Numbered from the stretch's first letter, positions 28,967 through 38,263 are shown. The stretch is 64,000 bases of DNA from Candidatus Acidiferrum sp. (GCA_035571115.1 DATMKR010000057.1:4231-68230); one strand, 5' to 3'. The notes: a model not told the origin generated them from the sequence alone. Made by a program: numbers and translations.

Positions 28967-29272
28967 TTACGAGACTCGATAGCAACCGCTCGGATCGACT
29001 TGAACGCAGCGGTTGCCAACCATAATCGAACGGATTCGATGATCCCAAAACGAGAGCACTCGGACGATAGCGGGCCGCAGTTTGGCGATAAGCTCCCGCG
29101 CCCGCTGCGACACGGCAACGGCGTCCTTAACCCAGCGCGGATGGTCGTGTGGCAGGAGTGCGGTCTCGAGCTCGGCTTGCGCAACAGCCGGAACGACGGC
29201 CTCGGAGCGCCCCGCCTCGAGCCGAGCGGAGAGCGCGGCCGGTGTTTCTTCGAGCTCAATACGGCGCAGCAT
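28967..29272 (-). CDS. Hypothetical protein downstream of fliA
   Basis: This is the best-looking of three overlapping ORFs here, and the other two are Arg/Ser/Pro-rich. It starts at Met 29272 (MLRRIELEETPAAL...) and overlaps the fliA end by 17 nt. No recognisable family. Confidence 0.3.
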   Translation of the reverse strand: MLRRIELEETPAALSARLEAGRSEAVVPAVAQAELETALLPHDHPRWVKDAVAVSQRARELIAKLRPAIVRVLSFWDHRIRSIMVGNRCVQVDPSGCYRVS

Positions 29273-29930
29273 GAGAGTCTCGTTTAAGCTTGGCAATTGC
29301 GCTCAAATGCAGTTGCGACGCGCGCTGCGGTGAGATTGCCAAACGTTTCCCAACGCAGCGCAGTGAGTTCCCTTTAAAATAGTGCAGCAGCACGACCTCG
29401 CGCTGGCGCGGCGACAGGCCCGAGATTAGCTCCACGAGCCGCGCGCTTTCGGACCGGCGCTCCACGATCCGCGCCGGGTCGTCGCTCCAGTCGTGGACAA
29501 GCGATTCTCCCAACGGCAGCGGCGCATCGAGAGAGAGCGGCTGACCGCGATAGGCTGCGGCAATGGCGCGGCGATATCCGGGGTAACGCTGCTCCATCTC
29601 GTTTGAGGTCGGAACCGCGCCGAGGGCAGCCGCGAGCGAGTACCGCCGGTTCTCGCCGTCGCGCACGATCCGGCGAGCTCGCTCAGAGACCGGATCCATG
29701 CGACGGATTCCGTTGAGCATGGCGCCGACGACGAGGCGTCTCGCGTAGTCGCAGAGCTCAGGCCCACGGTGCGGATCGAACGAATCGACGGCGCGGATCA
29801 AGCCGACGGATCCATCGCCGACGAGATCGTCGAGATCGAAGTTCGGCACGAGCCGCTTGAGCCGTCGAGCAAGTTTTTTCACAATCGGCAGCAAGTCTCG
29901 GATCTGCTCGTCGCGGTCGCCGGGGCTCAT
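29256..29930 (-). CDS. fliA: Flagellar sigma factor FliA/WhiG (sigma-28 type)
   Basis: 224 aa. Region 2: DDLVGDGSVGLIRAVDSFDPHRG. Region 4: LSPRQREVVLLHYFKGNSLRCVGKRLAISPQRASQLHLSAIAKLK. Confidence 0.8.
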   Translation of the reverse strand: MSPGDRDEQIRDLLPIVKKLARRLKRLVPNFDLDDLVGDGSVGLIRAVDSFDPHRGPELCDYARRLVVGAMLNGIRRMDPVSERARRIVRDGENRRYSLAAALGAVPTSNEMEQRYPGYRRAIAAAYRGQPLSLDAPLPLGESLVHDWSDDPARIVERRSESARLVELISGLSPRQREVVLLHYFKGNSLRCVGKRLAISPQRASQLHLSAIAKLKRDSHAAPY

Positions 29931-30121
29931 CGTGCGCCCTCTAAGCGAGAGGCGACCAAGGCTGCGAATCCCTCACCATCGCTGCGTGCGATTTCTTGTG
30001 CCAAGAGCTGCAGCTCGTAATCCCCGAGCATCCCGCCGCCCACGATCAGCGGACGAAGCATCGGAGCGAGCAGGATCGACTCGAGCATCTCGCCCGCGCG
30101 GCGTGCCGCGACGCTATCCAC
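29927..30121 (-). CDS. Rod-binding (FlgJ N-terminal-like) protein
   Basis: 64 aa, GTG start. RRAGEMLESILLAPMLRPL...LGDYELQLLAQEIARSDGEGFAALVASRL fits the rod-binding domain pattern. ATGA overlap with the fliA start. Confidence 0.5.
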   Translation of the reverse strand: MDSVAARRAGEMLESILLAPMLRPLIVGGGMLGDYELQLLAQEIARSDGEGFAALVASRLEGAR

Positions 30122-30398
30122 GCTGCAGGTCGTCGACGACGCGCAGCATCTCGTCGGCCGTCCGAACGTCGTTAGGCGTGCATATAAAAAGCGGACGATG
30201 GACCATGCAGAAATCTTACGGAGCGGTCGTTACGGTGCCGTTATCGCGGCGTTGCGCGCAAACGAACGCCACGGCGCTTAGCTCTTCCCAATTCTCTGTG
30301 ACCGCCATTGCGCTATCGCCGCTCCAGAAAGGCTCTTATGTTTGGGTGCGGGTGCTAAGATAAACTTGGACGATTCCACAAAAAAAGGAGGAATTTTT

Positions 30399-30872
30399 AT
30401 GAAGAACGCAGCTGCGCTCGCCCTTATAGCGGCATCGCTCACGCTGACGGTTACCCTTCCCGCACGATCGGCAACGGGAATGGAAGCCATGCAGTACTAC
30501 GTCGGAACGTGGTCGTGCACCGGCAGCACAGTCGGTAAACAACCTTTCCATTTTTCGCTGAGGTACGCCATGAACGGCGGCATTTTGCGCAGCTGGCTCT
30601 CTGCGAATGGATACGTCCAAAGCGGCTCGCTAACGTATGATTCGAAGAACCATCGTTACATAAATGCCGCCGTCGCCAGCGATGGTACTTGGTTTGTCGC
30701 TTACGCGACCATCAGCGGAACGGCGGAAAGTTCTATTGACCACGTTACCAGCGAGGGAAAGTTGGGACGCCTGATAATCGTGCGCACCAGCAATACGCGA
30801 TTCGCTTCTACCGGTTATCCGGCCGTATCGGATGGGAAAGCTTTTTTTAAAGCGACCTGCCGGAAATCGTAA
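30399..30872 (+). CDS. Secreted hypothetical protein
   Basis: ATG at 30399 is preceded by AAAGGAGG with 8-nt spacing in a locally AT-rich stretch. The signal peptide is MKNAAALALIAASLTLTVTLPARSA. The beta-rich mature part may be lipocalin/DUF1579-like, which is unverified. Confidence 0.6.
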   Translation: MKNAAALALIAASLTLTVTLPARSATGMEAMQYYVGTWSCTGSTVGKQPFHFSLRYAMNGGILRSWLSANGYVQSGSLTYDSKNHRYINAAVASDGTWFVAYATISGTAESSIDHVTSEGKLGRLIIVRTSNTRFASTGYPAVSDGKAFFKATCRKS

Positions 30873-30874
30873 TG

Positions 30875-31603
30875 CTACGTCCGCTGCAGATTGTTGGCAA
30901 TGCGCAGCATCTCATCGGCCGCTTGAACGCCTTTTGCGTTGGCTTCGTAGGCGCGCTGCGCGGTAAGAATTTGCATCATCGCGTCGATGATCGTGACGTT
31001 CGACTCTTCGAGCATCCCGAAGTGCAGCTTCGGGCCATCCACCGAACCGGGGATGACTTCCCTTGGCTTTCCCGACTCGGGCGTCGCTTCAAAAATCGCG
31101 CCGTCGAGCGCTCGCAAATGCTCCGGCGCCGCGAACTCCGCAAGACGGATGTGACCGAGCGTGCGGCTTCCCCCCGTAAACGTCGCCCGAACGCTTCCGT
31201 CGCCGGCAACGCTTACGCTAAGCGCGTCGGTGGGAATCGCGATGCCCGCAAGACGATAATCCGCAGCGTTGCGCAGCGTTCCATCCGCGCCGCGCGAGAA
31301 CTCGCCATCGCGCGTATAGAATCGGTGCCCGTGGCCGTCGAGCACCGTGAAAAAACCAGGGCCGTCGATCGCAAGATCGAACGGACCGGCGCTTCGAGCC
31401 AGTTTGCCCTGAGCGAAGAGCACCCGCGAACCGAGCGCTACCGTTCCAACCCCCCTTCCGCCAGGCGCGATCAGCTCCGCAAAGCCTTGCGCCGATCCCT
31501 TGAAGCCGACGACCCCGGCGTTGGCTAAGTTATCGGCAATCGTATCGAGGTTCCGCTGCTGAGCCGCCATGCCGCTGGCAGCGGCGAAGAGCGCAAGATC
31601 CAT
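30875..31603 (-). CDS. flgG: Flagellar basal-body rod protein FlgG
   Basis: N-terminus: ASGMAAQQRNLDTIADNLANAGVVGFKGS. C-terminus: VTIIDAMMQILTAQRAYEANAKGVQAADEMLRIANNLQR. Confidence 0.85.
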   Translation of the reverse strand: MDLALFAAASGMAAQQRNLDTIADNLANAGVVGFKGSAQGFAELIAPGGRGVGTVALGSRVLFAQGKLARSAGPFDLAIDGPGFFTVLDGHGHRFYTRDGEFSRGADGTLRNAADYRLAGIAIPTDALSVSVAGDGSVRATFTGGSRTLGHIRLAEFAAPEHLRALDGAIFEATPESGKPREVIPGSVDGPKLHFGMLEESNVTIIDAMMQILTAQRAYEANAKGVQAADEMLRIANNLQRT

Positions 31604-31616
31604 ACCGGCACGCTCC

Positions 31617-32183
31617 CTATTTTACGCGGGCCGCATCGGCCGACTTCTGACGCGTAGCATCGATCGCGGCGACCGCTTTCTCCGCGCTCTCGAAAGAACG
31701 CTCCGCGGAGAGCACGGCGATCATCTCGGCGATCGCATCGACCGCGGGACCTTCCAAGAATCCGCTCCGTACGCGGCTGGTCGAAGGAAGACCGAGCGCG
31801 TGCGCGTCGACGACGCCGCCCGATGGAACGTGCAGCACGTTGCGGAGCCCCAGTACCACGCGTCCCCGGCCGTCATGCAGCGTTCCATCGGCTTCGTGGA
31901 CGAACGCCCCGGCTCTCGTCTCGCTCACGCGGCCCGCCGAATCGCGAACGCGGAACGCGCCGCCGCCGAGAATCGCGAGATCGAAATCGCGACCCGTGTG
32001 CCGCAACGCGCCGCCTTCGCCCGAGCTCCGTCGCGCAATCGTGACCCCGAGCGCGGTCAGGAAGCCCCGCGCATCGATGCGGCGAAACCCGTCGGTTGAA
32101 ACGTTCGCGAGATTTTCGGTCGCGATTTCAAGGCGCGTTCGGGCCGCGACCATTGCGCTGGCCGCCCATGCAATTCCGTCCAT
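31617..32183 (-). CDS. flgF: Flagellar basal-body rod protein, FlgF-like (short)
   Basis: N-terminus: AASAMVAARTRLEIATENLANVSTDGFRR. C-terminus: AIAEMIAVLSAERSFESAEKAVAAID. At 188 aa it is shorter than typical FlgF. Confidence 0.7.
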   Translation of the reverse strand: MDGIAWAASAMVAARTRLEIATENLANVSTDGFRRIDARGFLTALGVTIARRSSGEGGALRHTGRDFDLAILGGGAFRVRDSAGRVSETRAGAFVHEADGTLHDGRGRVVLGLRNVLHVPSGGVVDAHALGLPSTSRVRSGFLEGPAVDAIAEMIAVLSAERSFESAEKAVAAIDATRQKSADAARVK

Positions 32184-32227
32184 GCGCGCATGGTAGCGAA
32201 GCGTGTTGGCCGAATCGTTTCCGCACG

Positions 32228-32590
32228 ATGACCGGGTTGCGGTTCCTCACGCATGCGATTGTGGCGACACTCGCCGTGGCGTGCAGCTCGCCGTCGGCGC
32301 GGGAACGCACCGACGACGCCGAGCTCGCCGCGGTCGCCCCACTCAAAGCGCAGTATTCCGGCGTGGTGATGGGCTTCGATATCCGGCCGCCGAACACGTT
32401 GATCGTCAGCCTGGACTTACAGAGCTACCTTGACATGGATGACGACGCCGTCGCCGCGATGCAGCGAACCGCGCTGCTCCGCTGGCGCTCTGCTTGGAAA
32501 TCGGGCCATCCGCATGCGCATGGACTGGTGCACGTCCGCTTTATCGATTTTATCGGCCGCAAGGTCGCCACATTGACAGCGGACACTTAG
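32228..32590 (+). CDS. Hypothetical lipoprotein
   Basis: Start at Met 32228 (MTGLRFLTHAIVATLAVACSS, lipobox). The upstream part of track ORF 32096 overlaps flgF antisense and is rejected. Confidence 0.5.
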   Translation: MTGLRFLTHAIVATLAVACSSPSARERTDDAELAAVAPLKAQYSGVVMGFDIRPPNTLIVSLDLQSYLDMDDDAVAAMQRTALLRWRSAWKSGHPHAHGLVHVRFIDFIGRKVATLTADT

Positions 32591-32600
32591 TGGCCCGCAA

Positions 32601-33653
32601 CTAGAGTCTGTCGAGAACCCCTTGCGTGAAGGCGCGCGTCGATACCGGGGCGCCGGAACGCGCCACGTCGGCGGTTCGCAAGCCGTCGGCGTAGGCGCGG
32701 TCGACGGCGCGCTCGATTCGAGCGGCAGACGAATCGTCGGCAAGGCTGTGGCGTAGCAACATTGCGGCGGACAGAATCGCTGCCGTTGGATTTGCAACGT
32801 CCCTGCCGGCCAAATCGGGCGCGGTGCCGCCGATCGGCTCGTACAGGCCAAACTGTCGGCCAGGCGTGCCCTGCGAGCCGAGACTGGCGCTAGGGAGCGT
32901 CCCGAGCGAACCGGTGAGAATCGCGGCCTCGTCCGAAAGGATGTCGCCAAACATATTCTCGGTGACGATCACGTCGAAGTCGCCCGGCCGCGCCACGAGC
33001 TGCATCGCCGCGTTGTCCACGAGCAGATGCTCGAGACGCACGTCGGGATACTGCGCCGACATCTGGGTGACGACTCGCCGCCATAGCCGCGACGTCTCCA
33101 AGATATTCTGCTTATCCACCGACGTGACGTGCTTTCGCCGCGCGCGCGCCAGATCGAAGGCGATGCGTGCGATGCGCTCGATCTCCGGTGCGCGATAGAT
33201 CATCGTGTCGACCGCCTCCTCGACGCCGTCCACGGTTCGTTGTTCCTTGGGCCGGCCGTAATAGATGCCGCCGGTCAGCTCGCGCACGACGAGCAGGTCA
33301 AGACCGCGCACGATCTCGGGCCGCAGCGACGAGGCGTCTTCGAGCCCAGGAAAGACGCGCACGGGCCGCAAGTTCGCGTAGAGCTCGTAGTCGCGCCGCA
33401 ACAAGAACAACGCGTACTCGGGGCGTTGTGCCAGAGGAAGTCCGTCGTACTGCGGCAAGCCGACGCTGCCGAAGAGGATCGCATCGCTGCGATCGCAGAG
33501 CGCTCGAGTCTCCGGCGGCAGCGCGGGGAGTCCGGCGGCAAGCGCCGCCGCACCGACCGGCGCCCCCGTACACTCGACGTCGGGGCGGACGCGCCGTAAA
33601 ACCTCAGCGGAACAGTCGATGACCTCCGGGCCGATTCCGTCGCCCGGCAGCAA
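32601..33653 (-). CDS. leuB: 3-isopropylmalate dehydrogenase family
   Basis: Motifs: LLPGDGIGPEV, LFGSVG, LYANLRP, RELTGGIYYG, ENMFGDILSDE. A TTG at 33653 is proposed as the start directly before LPGDGIGPE. The longer track ORF to 33797 overlaps divIVA and is rejected. Confidence 0.8.
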   Translation of the reverse strand: MLPGDGIGPEVIDCSAEVLRRVRPDVECTGAPVGAAALAAGLPALPPETRALCDRSDAILFGSVGLPQYDGLPLAQRPEYALFLLRRDYELYANLRPVRVFPGLEDASSLRPEIVRGLDLLVVRELTGGIYYGRPKEQRTVDGVEEAVDTMIYRAPEIERIARIAFDLARARRKHVTSVDKQNILETSRLWRRVVTQMSAQYPDVRLEHLLVDNAAMQLVARPGDFDVIVTENMFGDILSDEAAILTGSLGTLPSASLGSQGTPGRQFGLYEPIGGTAPDLAGRDVANPTAAILSAAMLLRHSLADDSSAARIERAVDRAYADGLRTADVARSGAPVSTRAFTQGVLDRL

Positions 33654-33663
33654 CGCGACGCTA

Positions 33664-34218
33664 TTAATAGACGGTGATGCGCTTGGTATCGTCGTGTTTG
33701 AGCGGAGGCTCGACCGGCGTGCTGTTTTCGGCCGGCGCGGCGGGGGCCTGGATCCCGCCGTTGCTTCCCGCGCCCTCAGTGCGTTCGAGCAGTGCAAGAT
33801 GCGTCATCAGCAGGCTGCGCAGCTCGCTCTTGGCCTTCTCCGTAGCTTCAACCGCCCGCTGCTGCTCGCGCCGAACGTCGGAGATCGTATCGCTGTAGCC
33901 GGCGATCTCGCGCTCGTTGGCCAGCCGCGCCTGTTCTCGGATGAGATCGGCCTCTTTATGCGCCGACGCTTTGACCTCGTCCGCCGTGCGCTGAGCGAGC
34001 ACCAAGGTGTTTTGCAGCGACTCTTCGATCGCTTTGAAATGACTCACGCGCTCCTTGAGGTCCGCGATCTCCGCCTCGAGAGCCGCCCGCTGCTGTGCCT
34101 CGTCTTCGAGCGTCTCGATGATTTCGTCGAGAAACTTATCGACGTCGGCGCGTTCGTAACCTTGAAGCGCCTTCTTGAAACTCTTGTGTTGTATGTCGAC
34201 CGGTGTGATCTTTTCCAT
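33664..34218 (-). CDS. divIVA: Cell-division protein DivIVA
   Basis: MEKITPVDIQHKSFKKALQGYERADVDKFLDEIIETLE followed by coiled-coil sequence. Confidence 0.9.
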   Translation of the reverse strand: MEKITPVDIQHKSFKKALQGYERADVDKFLDEIIETLEDEAQQRAALEAEIADLKERVSHFKAIEESLQNTLVLAQRTADEVKASAHKEADLIREQARLANEREIAGYSDTISDVRREQQRAVEATEKAKSELRSLLMTHLALLERTEGAGSNGGIQAPAAPAENSTPVEPPLKHDDTKRITVY

Positions 34219-34229
34219 CGCTCCGTGTC

Positions 34230-34643
34230 CTACGGTCTATTGCCCATGAAATCGAAGGTGCCGTCGGCCATCATCGAGTCGCGCAAACCTGCGGCATTGA
34301 CGACGATGCCGGCCGGTACGACTAGGTAAATGGACTCGGCGAGCTTCTGGATTTTGCCGTCGATCGTGTAAGCGACCCCCGAGGTAAAATCCACGACGCG
34401 CTGCAAGAGCGTTCGATCGGCGTTTTGCAAATTCATGATGACGACCTGCCGGTTCCGCAGCGAGTCGGCGATTTCCACGACATCTTGGTAGCTGCGCGGT
34501 GAGTAGACGCTCACCTGCGTGCCACCGCGACGTCCGGCGGTCGACAGCGGTACGACGCGCCCCGACGGCACCTCGTCCTCATAAAACTCGTCTTCGTCGT
34601 CGCGAATCGAAAAAAACGAGCCGATCTTGCTAAACACGCTCAC
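34230..34643 (-). CDS. sepF: Cell-division protein SepF
   Basis: GTG at 34643 is preceded by GGGAGG. The product starts VSVFSKIGSFFSIRDDEDEF and contains VSVYSPRSYQDVVEIADSLRNRQVVIMNL. It overlaps the yggS stop. Confidence 0.85.
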   Translation of the reverse strand: MSVFSKIGSFFSIRDDEDEFYEDEVPSGRVVPLSTAGRRGGTQVSVYSPRSYQDVVEIADSLRNRQVVIMNLQNADRTLLQRVVDFTSGVAYTIDGKIQKLAESIYLVVPAGIVVNAAGLRDSMMADGTFDFMGNRP

Positions 34644-35317
34644 CTGTACCTCCCATCTGTGCGCGGGCCAAAGAGCGCCTCTCCGATGCGCACCATCGTC
34701 GAGCCGGCTCGCAGCGCTTCGCGCCAATCTCCCGACATACCGATGGAAAGCGTACTTCCACCTATGCGTGCCAAGGTCTTGGCAGCGAGCTCGAATGCGC
34801 GCGATATTGCGTCGCTGTCGGCGCCCAGCGGTCCCATTGCCATCACGCCCTCGAGGCGCAAGCTCGCCTGGCCTCGGAGCGTTTCGGCGAGCCGGTCGGC
34901 TTCATCGGGACGACAGCCAAAGCGATCGGAGGGCGTGATGTTGAGTTGCAGTAGCACCGGCAGCGTCGCGCCTAGGTCTTGCGCCGCCCTTCCCAGCGCT
35001 ATGCCCGCTTCGGCCCGATCGACGCTCTGAACGACGTCGAACGTCGCTGCTATCGCTTTCGCCTTGTTACTCTGTATGTGGCCGACGAAATGCTTGCGAA
35101 CGGCAGGCAGCAGCGGAAACTTGCGGCGCGCCTCTTGGAGGTAGCTCTCGCCGAGATCGGTCAGGCCCGCCTCGATCGCCTGGGCAATTAATTCCGGGGG
35201 CTGGCGCTTGCCGACCCCGACCAGCGTGACGCCGCCTGGATCGCGCCCCTCCCTCCGCGCTTCTTCATCGATGGCGCTTCGCAGCGCCCGGTAACGTTCC
35301 CCGACCCCTTGCCTCAT
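34640..35317 (-). CDS. yggS: YggS-family pyridoxal-phosphate homeostasis protein
   Basis: Motifs: VTLVGVGKRQP, HFVGHIQSNKAK, LSIGMSGDW, GSTMVRIGEALFG. Confidence 0.85.
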   Translation of the reverse strand: MRQGVGERYRALRSAIDEEARREGRDPGGVTLVGVGKRQPPELIAQAIEAGLTDLGESYLQEARRKFPLLPAVRKHFVGHIQSNKAKAIAATFDVVQSVDRAEAGIALGRAAQDLGATLPVLLQLNITPSDRFGCRPDEADRLAETLRGQASLRLEGVMAMGPLGADSDAISRAFELAAKTLARIGGSTLSIGMSGDWREALRAGSTMVRIGEALFGPRTDGRYR

Positions 35318-36162
35318 CCACGCGCCGGGCGGACCGGTCTGGCGTCGGTGCGGGGGCCCGGCCGGGTCGCGCAGTAGGCGATTCCGATCACCCCCACGAC
35401 GATCATCGGTAGGGCGTAGAGCTGGCCGCCGGTGAGGCCCATCCAGCTAAAATCGGTCTGCCGCCACATCTCTGCGATCGTTCGCGTGATCCCGTAGCAC
35501 GTGAACCAGGTCCACGCGACGACGCCGTCTTTGGGTTTGAGCCGGTAGACGATCAAGAGGATCGGCAGCGTCAGGATGTCGAGAATCGCCTCGTAGATCT
35601 GCGAAGGATGACGATATGCCACTGCGCCCGGCGCGGAGGGAAAGACCATGCACCAGGGGCGGTCGGGACGGCAGACGTCCCCCCACAGCTCGTCGTTGAT
35701 GAAGTTCACGATTCGCACCAGAGTGATGCCGACCGGCAGCATCATCACGACTTCGTCGCCGACGACCACGTATTTCAGACCCGGATGCTGCCGAATGAAC
35801 AGCCAGATCGCCACCAGCACGCCGATCAATCCCCCGTGGAAGGCCATCCCGCCGTTCCAGACCGCGATGAAATTGACCGGGTTGGAAAAATAGAACGAGG
35901 CGTCGTGCTTGCTGATGATGTCGTTGATGACGAAGAAGGTTCGCCCGCCGACGAGTACGCCGATCAGCGCGTAGAAGAGAAAATCCTGAATCTGCTGCTT
36001 CGTGAGCCCCAGGCGGCGCAGCCCGGCCGGACGGCTCATCCACAGATAGACGCAGAGGAACGCCACCAAATAGGCGATGCCGTACCAATGGATGCCGAAA
36101 CGCGGACCGAGATGAATCGCGACCGGGTCGATGTTTGTCGGATAGGTGAACCAGTGCTGCAT
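35314..36162 (-). CDS. lgt: Prolipoprotein diacylglyceryl transferase
   Basis: Motifs: IHWYGIAYLVAF, GMAFHGGLIGV, HPSQIYEAI. Polytopic. Confidence 0.9.
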   Translation of the reverse strand: MQHWFTYPTNIDPVAIHLGPRFGIHWYGIAYLVAFLCVYLWMSRPAGLRRLGLTKQQIQDFLFYALIGVLVGGRTFFVINDIISKHDASFYFSNPVNFIAVWNGGMAFHGGLIGVLVAIWLFIRQHPGLKYVVVGDEVVMMLPVGITLVRIVNFINDELWGDVCRPDRPWCMVFPSAPGAVAYRHPSQIYEAILDILTLPILLIVYRLKPKDGVVAWTWFTCYGITRTIAEMWRQTDFSWMGLTGGQLYALPMIVVGVIGIAYCATRPGPRTDARPVRPARG

Positions 36163-36182
36163 TTATAACAATCTTTTGACTG

Positions 36183-36914
36183 ATGACCGCGACGACACAT
36201 ATCACCGCCGGCATCGCCTTCCTTGCGGGCCTCGTTTCCTTCGTTTCGCCGTGCGTCCTTCCGATGGTGCCGGCCTACCTCTCGCTGCTCACGGGAGAGA
36301 GTCTGGAAGACCTCAAGAACGAGCCGACCGCTCGGGCGCGCCTGCAAACGATGGCACACGCCGTCGCGTTCGTCGCCGGATTCAGCCTAATTTTCGTCGG
36401 ATTGGGCCTCAGCGCGAGCGCGATCGGCGGAGCGCTAGCTGCAAACCGCGTGCTGATCGCGCAGCTCGGAGGCGTGCTCGTCGTCGTTTTGGGCTTGCAC
36501 ATGATGGGCATGCTGCGCATTCCCGTGCTGATGATGGACGCGCGTCTGCACCTTCAACACGACCGGCGCACGCTGTGGACCTCCGGCCTGGTCGGCATCG
36601 CGTTCGCAGCCGGCTGGTCGCCTTGCATTGGCCCGATTCTCGCCGGGATTCTGGCCATTGCGTCGCAACAGCACAGCGCTGCTGCCGCAGTGCTGCTTTC
36701 TTGTTACTGTCTCGGGTTGGCGCTGCCGTTCCTCGCAACCGCAATGGCAATCGGCGTCGTTCTCCCGTTGCTCGCCCGCATCAAATCTTCGCTGCCCGTG
36801 ATCGAGTTTGCATCCGGTGCATTTCTCGTCGTCGTCGGTCTAATTCTCGTCAACAATGCGTTCCTCAACGTCGCAGGATGGTTCTATCAATTTGTACCGC
36901 AACCGAATCTTTAG
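36183..36914 (+). CDS. ccdA: Cytochrome c biogenesis thiol-disulfide transporter CcdA/DsbD family
   Basis: FLAGLVSFVSPCVLPMVPAYLS and a second SPCIGPIL motif. Six TM helices. Confidence 0.8.
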   Translation: MTATTHITAGIAFLAGLVSFVSPCVLPMVPAYLSLLTGESLEDLKNEPTARARLQTMAHAVAFVAGFSLIFVGLGLSASAIGGALAANRVLIAQLGGVLVVVLGLHMMGMLRIPVLMMDARLHLQHDRRTLWTSGLVGIAFAAGWSPCIGPILAGILAIASQQHSAAAAVLLSCYCLGLALPFLATAMAIGVVLPLLARIKSSLPVIEFASGAFLVVVGLILVNNAFLNVAGWFYQFVPQPNL

Positions 36915-37380
36915 CCTAAAGCAGACGCTCGTCATCGCGGCCGCGGCGATCGCCGTGCTCTGGGCGGACCAATACACAAAGCACCTAATCGTTAACCTCT
37001 GCTTCCCCGACGTCCCCGCGTGCCGTACGATCATCCCGAATTTCTTGAGATGGACGTACGAGCGCAACGTCCACGGCGCGTTCGGCCTCTTCGGCAGCAG
37101 CGCCGTGATGCTGATCGGGATGGCGATCGTCGTGCTCGTGCTCTTTTGGTTCAGCTTCCGGGAGGCCGCAGCGCGTTCGCAGACCGTTCGGATTGCGTTC
37201 GGGATGATCGTCGGCGGAGCGATCGGCAATGTCGTCGATCGTCTCCACTACGGGTACGTGATCGACTTCATCGACTTTTACCGCATCTGGCCGAATATCT
37301 TCAACGTTGCCGATTCTTGCATCACCATCGGCGTCGGCCTTCTGCTGCTCTCGAGCCTTGTTGCACGTCGTCACGGCTGA
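36856..37380 (+). CDS. lspA: Lipoprotein signal peptidase II
   Basis: Motifs: ADQYTKHLI, NVHGAFGLFG, GGAIGNVVDRLHYGYVIDFIDF, FNVADSCITIG. The start is uncertain: ATG 36856 overlaps ccdA by 59 nt, and TTG 36892 is an alternative. Confidence 0.8.
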   Translation: MRSSTSQDGSINLYRNRIFSLKQTLVIAAAAIAVLWADQYTKHLIVNLCFPDVPACRTIIPNFLRWTYERNVHGAFGLFGSSAVMLIGMAIVVLVLFWFSFREAAARSQTVRIAFGMIVGGAIGNVVDRLHYGYVIDFIDFYRIWPNIFNVADSCITIGVGLLLLSSLVARRHG

Positions 37381-38263
37381 GCAAGCCGGGAAACGCACCG
37401 ACGTCCTCGTCGCTTGGCTCTCGGGGGTTTCGCGAACCCTCGTAACGCAAACCGCTCGGCGGGGAGAGGTTCTCGTCAACGGCAGCCCTGCCAAACCCAG
37501 CCGCCTGTTAGAAACCGGCGACGTGCTCGAGTTCGAAATTGCACAGCCGCCCGCGCTCGTAGCGCGGCCCGAACCGATTCCGCTCGACGTCGTTTACGAA
37601 GACGACGATCTGCTCGTCATCAATAAAGATGCCGGAATGGTGTCGCATCCGGCGCACGGTACGACGAGCGGGACGCTGGTCAACGCGCTGCTCGCACACG
37701 TCCAGGCAAGCCTTCCCGGCGATCTGCTGCGCCCCGGACTCGTCCACCGGCTCGATCGCGACACCTCCGGCCTGCTCGTCGTCGCGAAGCGCGAAGAGAG
37801 CCTGCGCGCTCTCGGCCTCGCAATGAAAGCGCGCCGCATCGAGCGCGAGTATCTCGGACTCGTGCGCGGCATCCCGCAGCACCCGCTCGGCACGATCGAA
37901 GGACCGATCGGACGCGATCCGCGCAATCGTCTGAGGTTCGCGATCGTCGCCGACGGCAAACCCGCCCTGACGCACTACGAGGTGCGTGAAGCCTTTGCGG
38001 CGCACTCCGAGTTGCTCTTTCGCCTCGAAACCGGCAGAACGCACCAGATTCGCGTGCACATGGCCGGGATCGGCCATCCGATCCTCAACGATCCGCTCTA
38101 TGGCAAGATTGAATCGCGGTTCGAGCTTCGGGGACAGGCGCTGCATGCGTGGCGGCTTGCGTTTCGCCACCCACGCACCGACGAAGCGCTGTCATTTGAA
38201 GCTGCGCCTCCTCGCGAGTACATGCAGGCTCGCGCGCTCGTAAGCAGCAACAAGAATGTTTGA
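37361..38263 (+). CDS. rluD: RluA-family 23S rRNA pseudouridine synthase (RluD-like)
   Basis: S4 domain, then HRLDRDTSGLLVVAK and GRTHQIRVH. A TTG at 37361 is proposed as the start, since the track ATG at 37307 lies inside lspA. Confidence 0.85.
   Translation: MHVVTAEQAGKRTDVLVAWLSGVSRTLVTQTARRGEVLVNGSPAKPSRLLETGDVLEFEIAQPPALVARPEPIPLDVVYEDDDLLVINKDAGMVSHPAHGTTSGTLVNALLAHVQASLPGDLLRPGLVHRLDRDTSGLLVVAKREESLRALGLAMKARRIEREYLGLVRGIPQHPLGTIEGPIGRDPRNRLRFAIVADGKPALTHYEVREAFAAHSELLFRLETGRTHQIRVHMAGIGHPILNDPLYGKIESRFELRGQALHAWRLAFRHPRTDEALSFEAAPPREYMQARALVSSNKNV

Noticed and set aside
28861-29287. Alternative ORFs 28861-29259 (minus strand) and 28871-29287 (plus strand) downstream of fliA.
   Set aside because: Both translate to Arg/Ser/Pro/Gly-rich sequences. 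The third overlapping frame (28967-29272) looks more protein-like, and even that is reported only at low confidence.
30114-30206. A 30-codon ORF (MVHRPLFICTPNDVRTADEMLRVVDDLQRG) upstream of and overlapping the rod-binding protein start.
   Set aside because: It has no ribosome-binding site, no recognisable motif, and very short length, so it cannot be distinguished from chance.
32205-32216. A sigma-28-like -10 element (GCCGAATC) upstream of the 32228 lipoprotein gene.
   Set aside because: There is no TAAA-like -35 at the expected 15-nt spacing, and a single hexamer match is not significant in GC-rich DNA.
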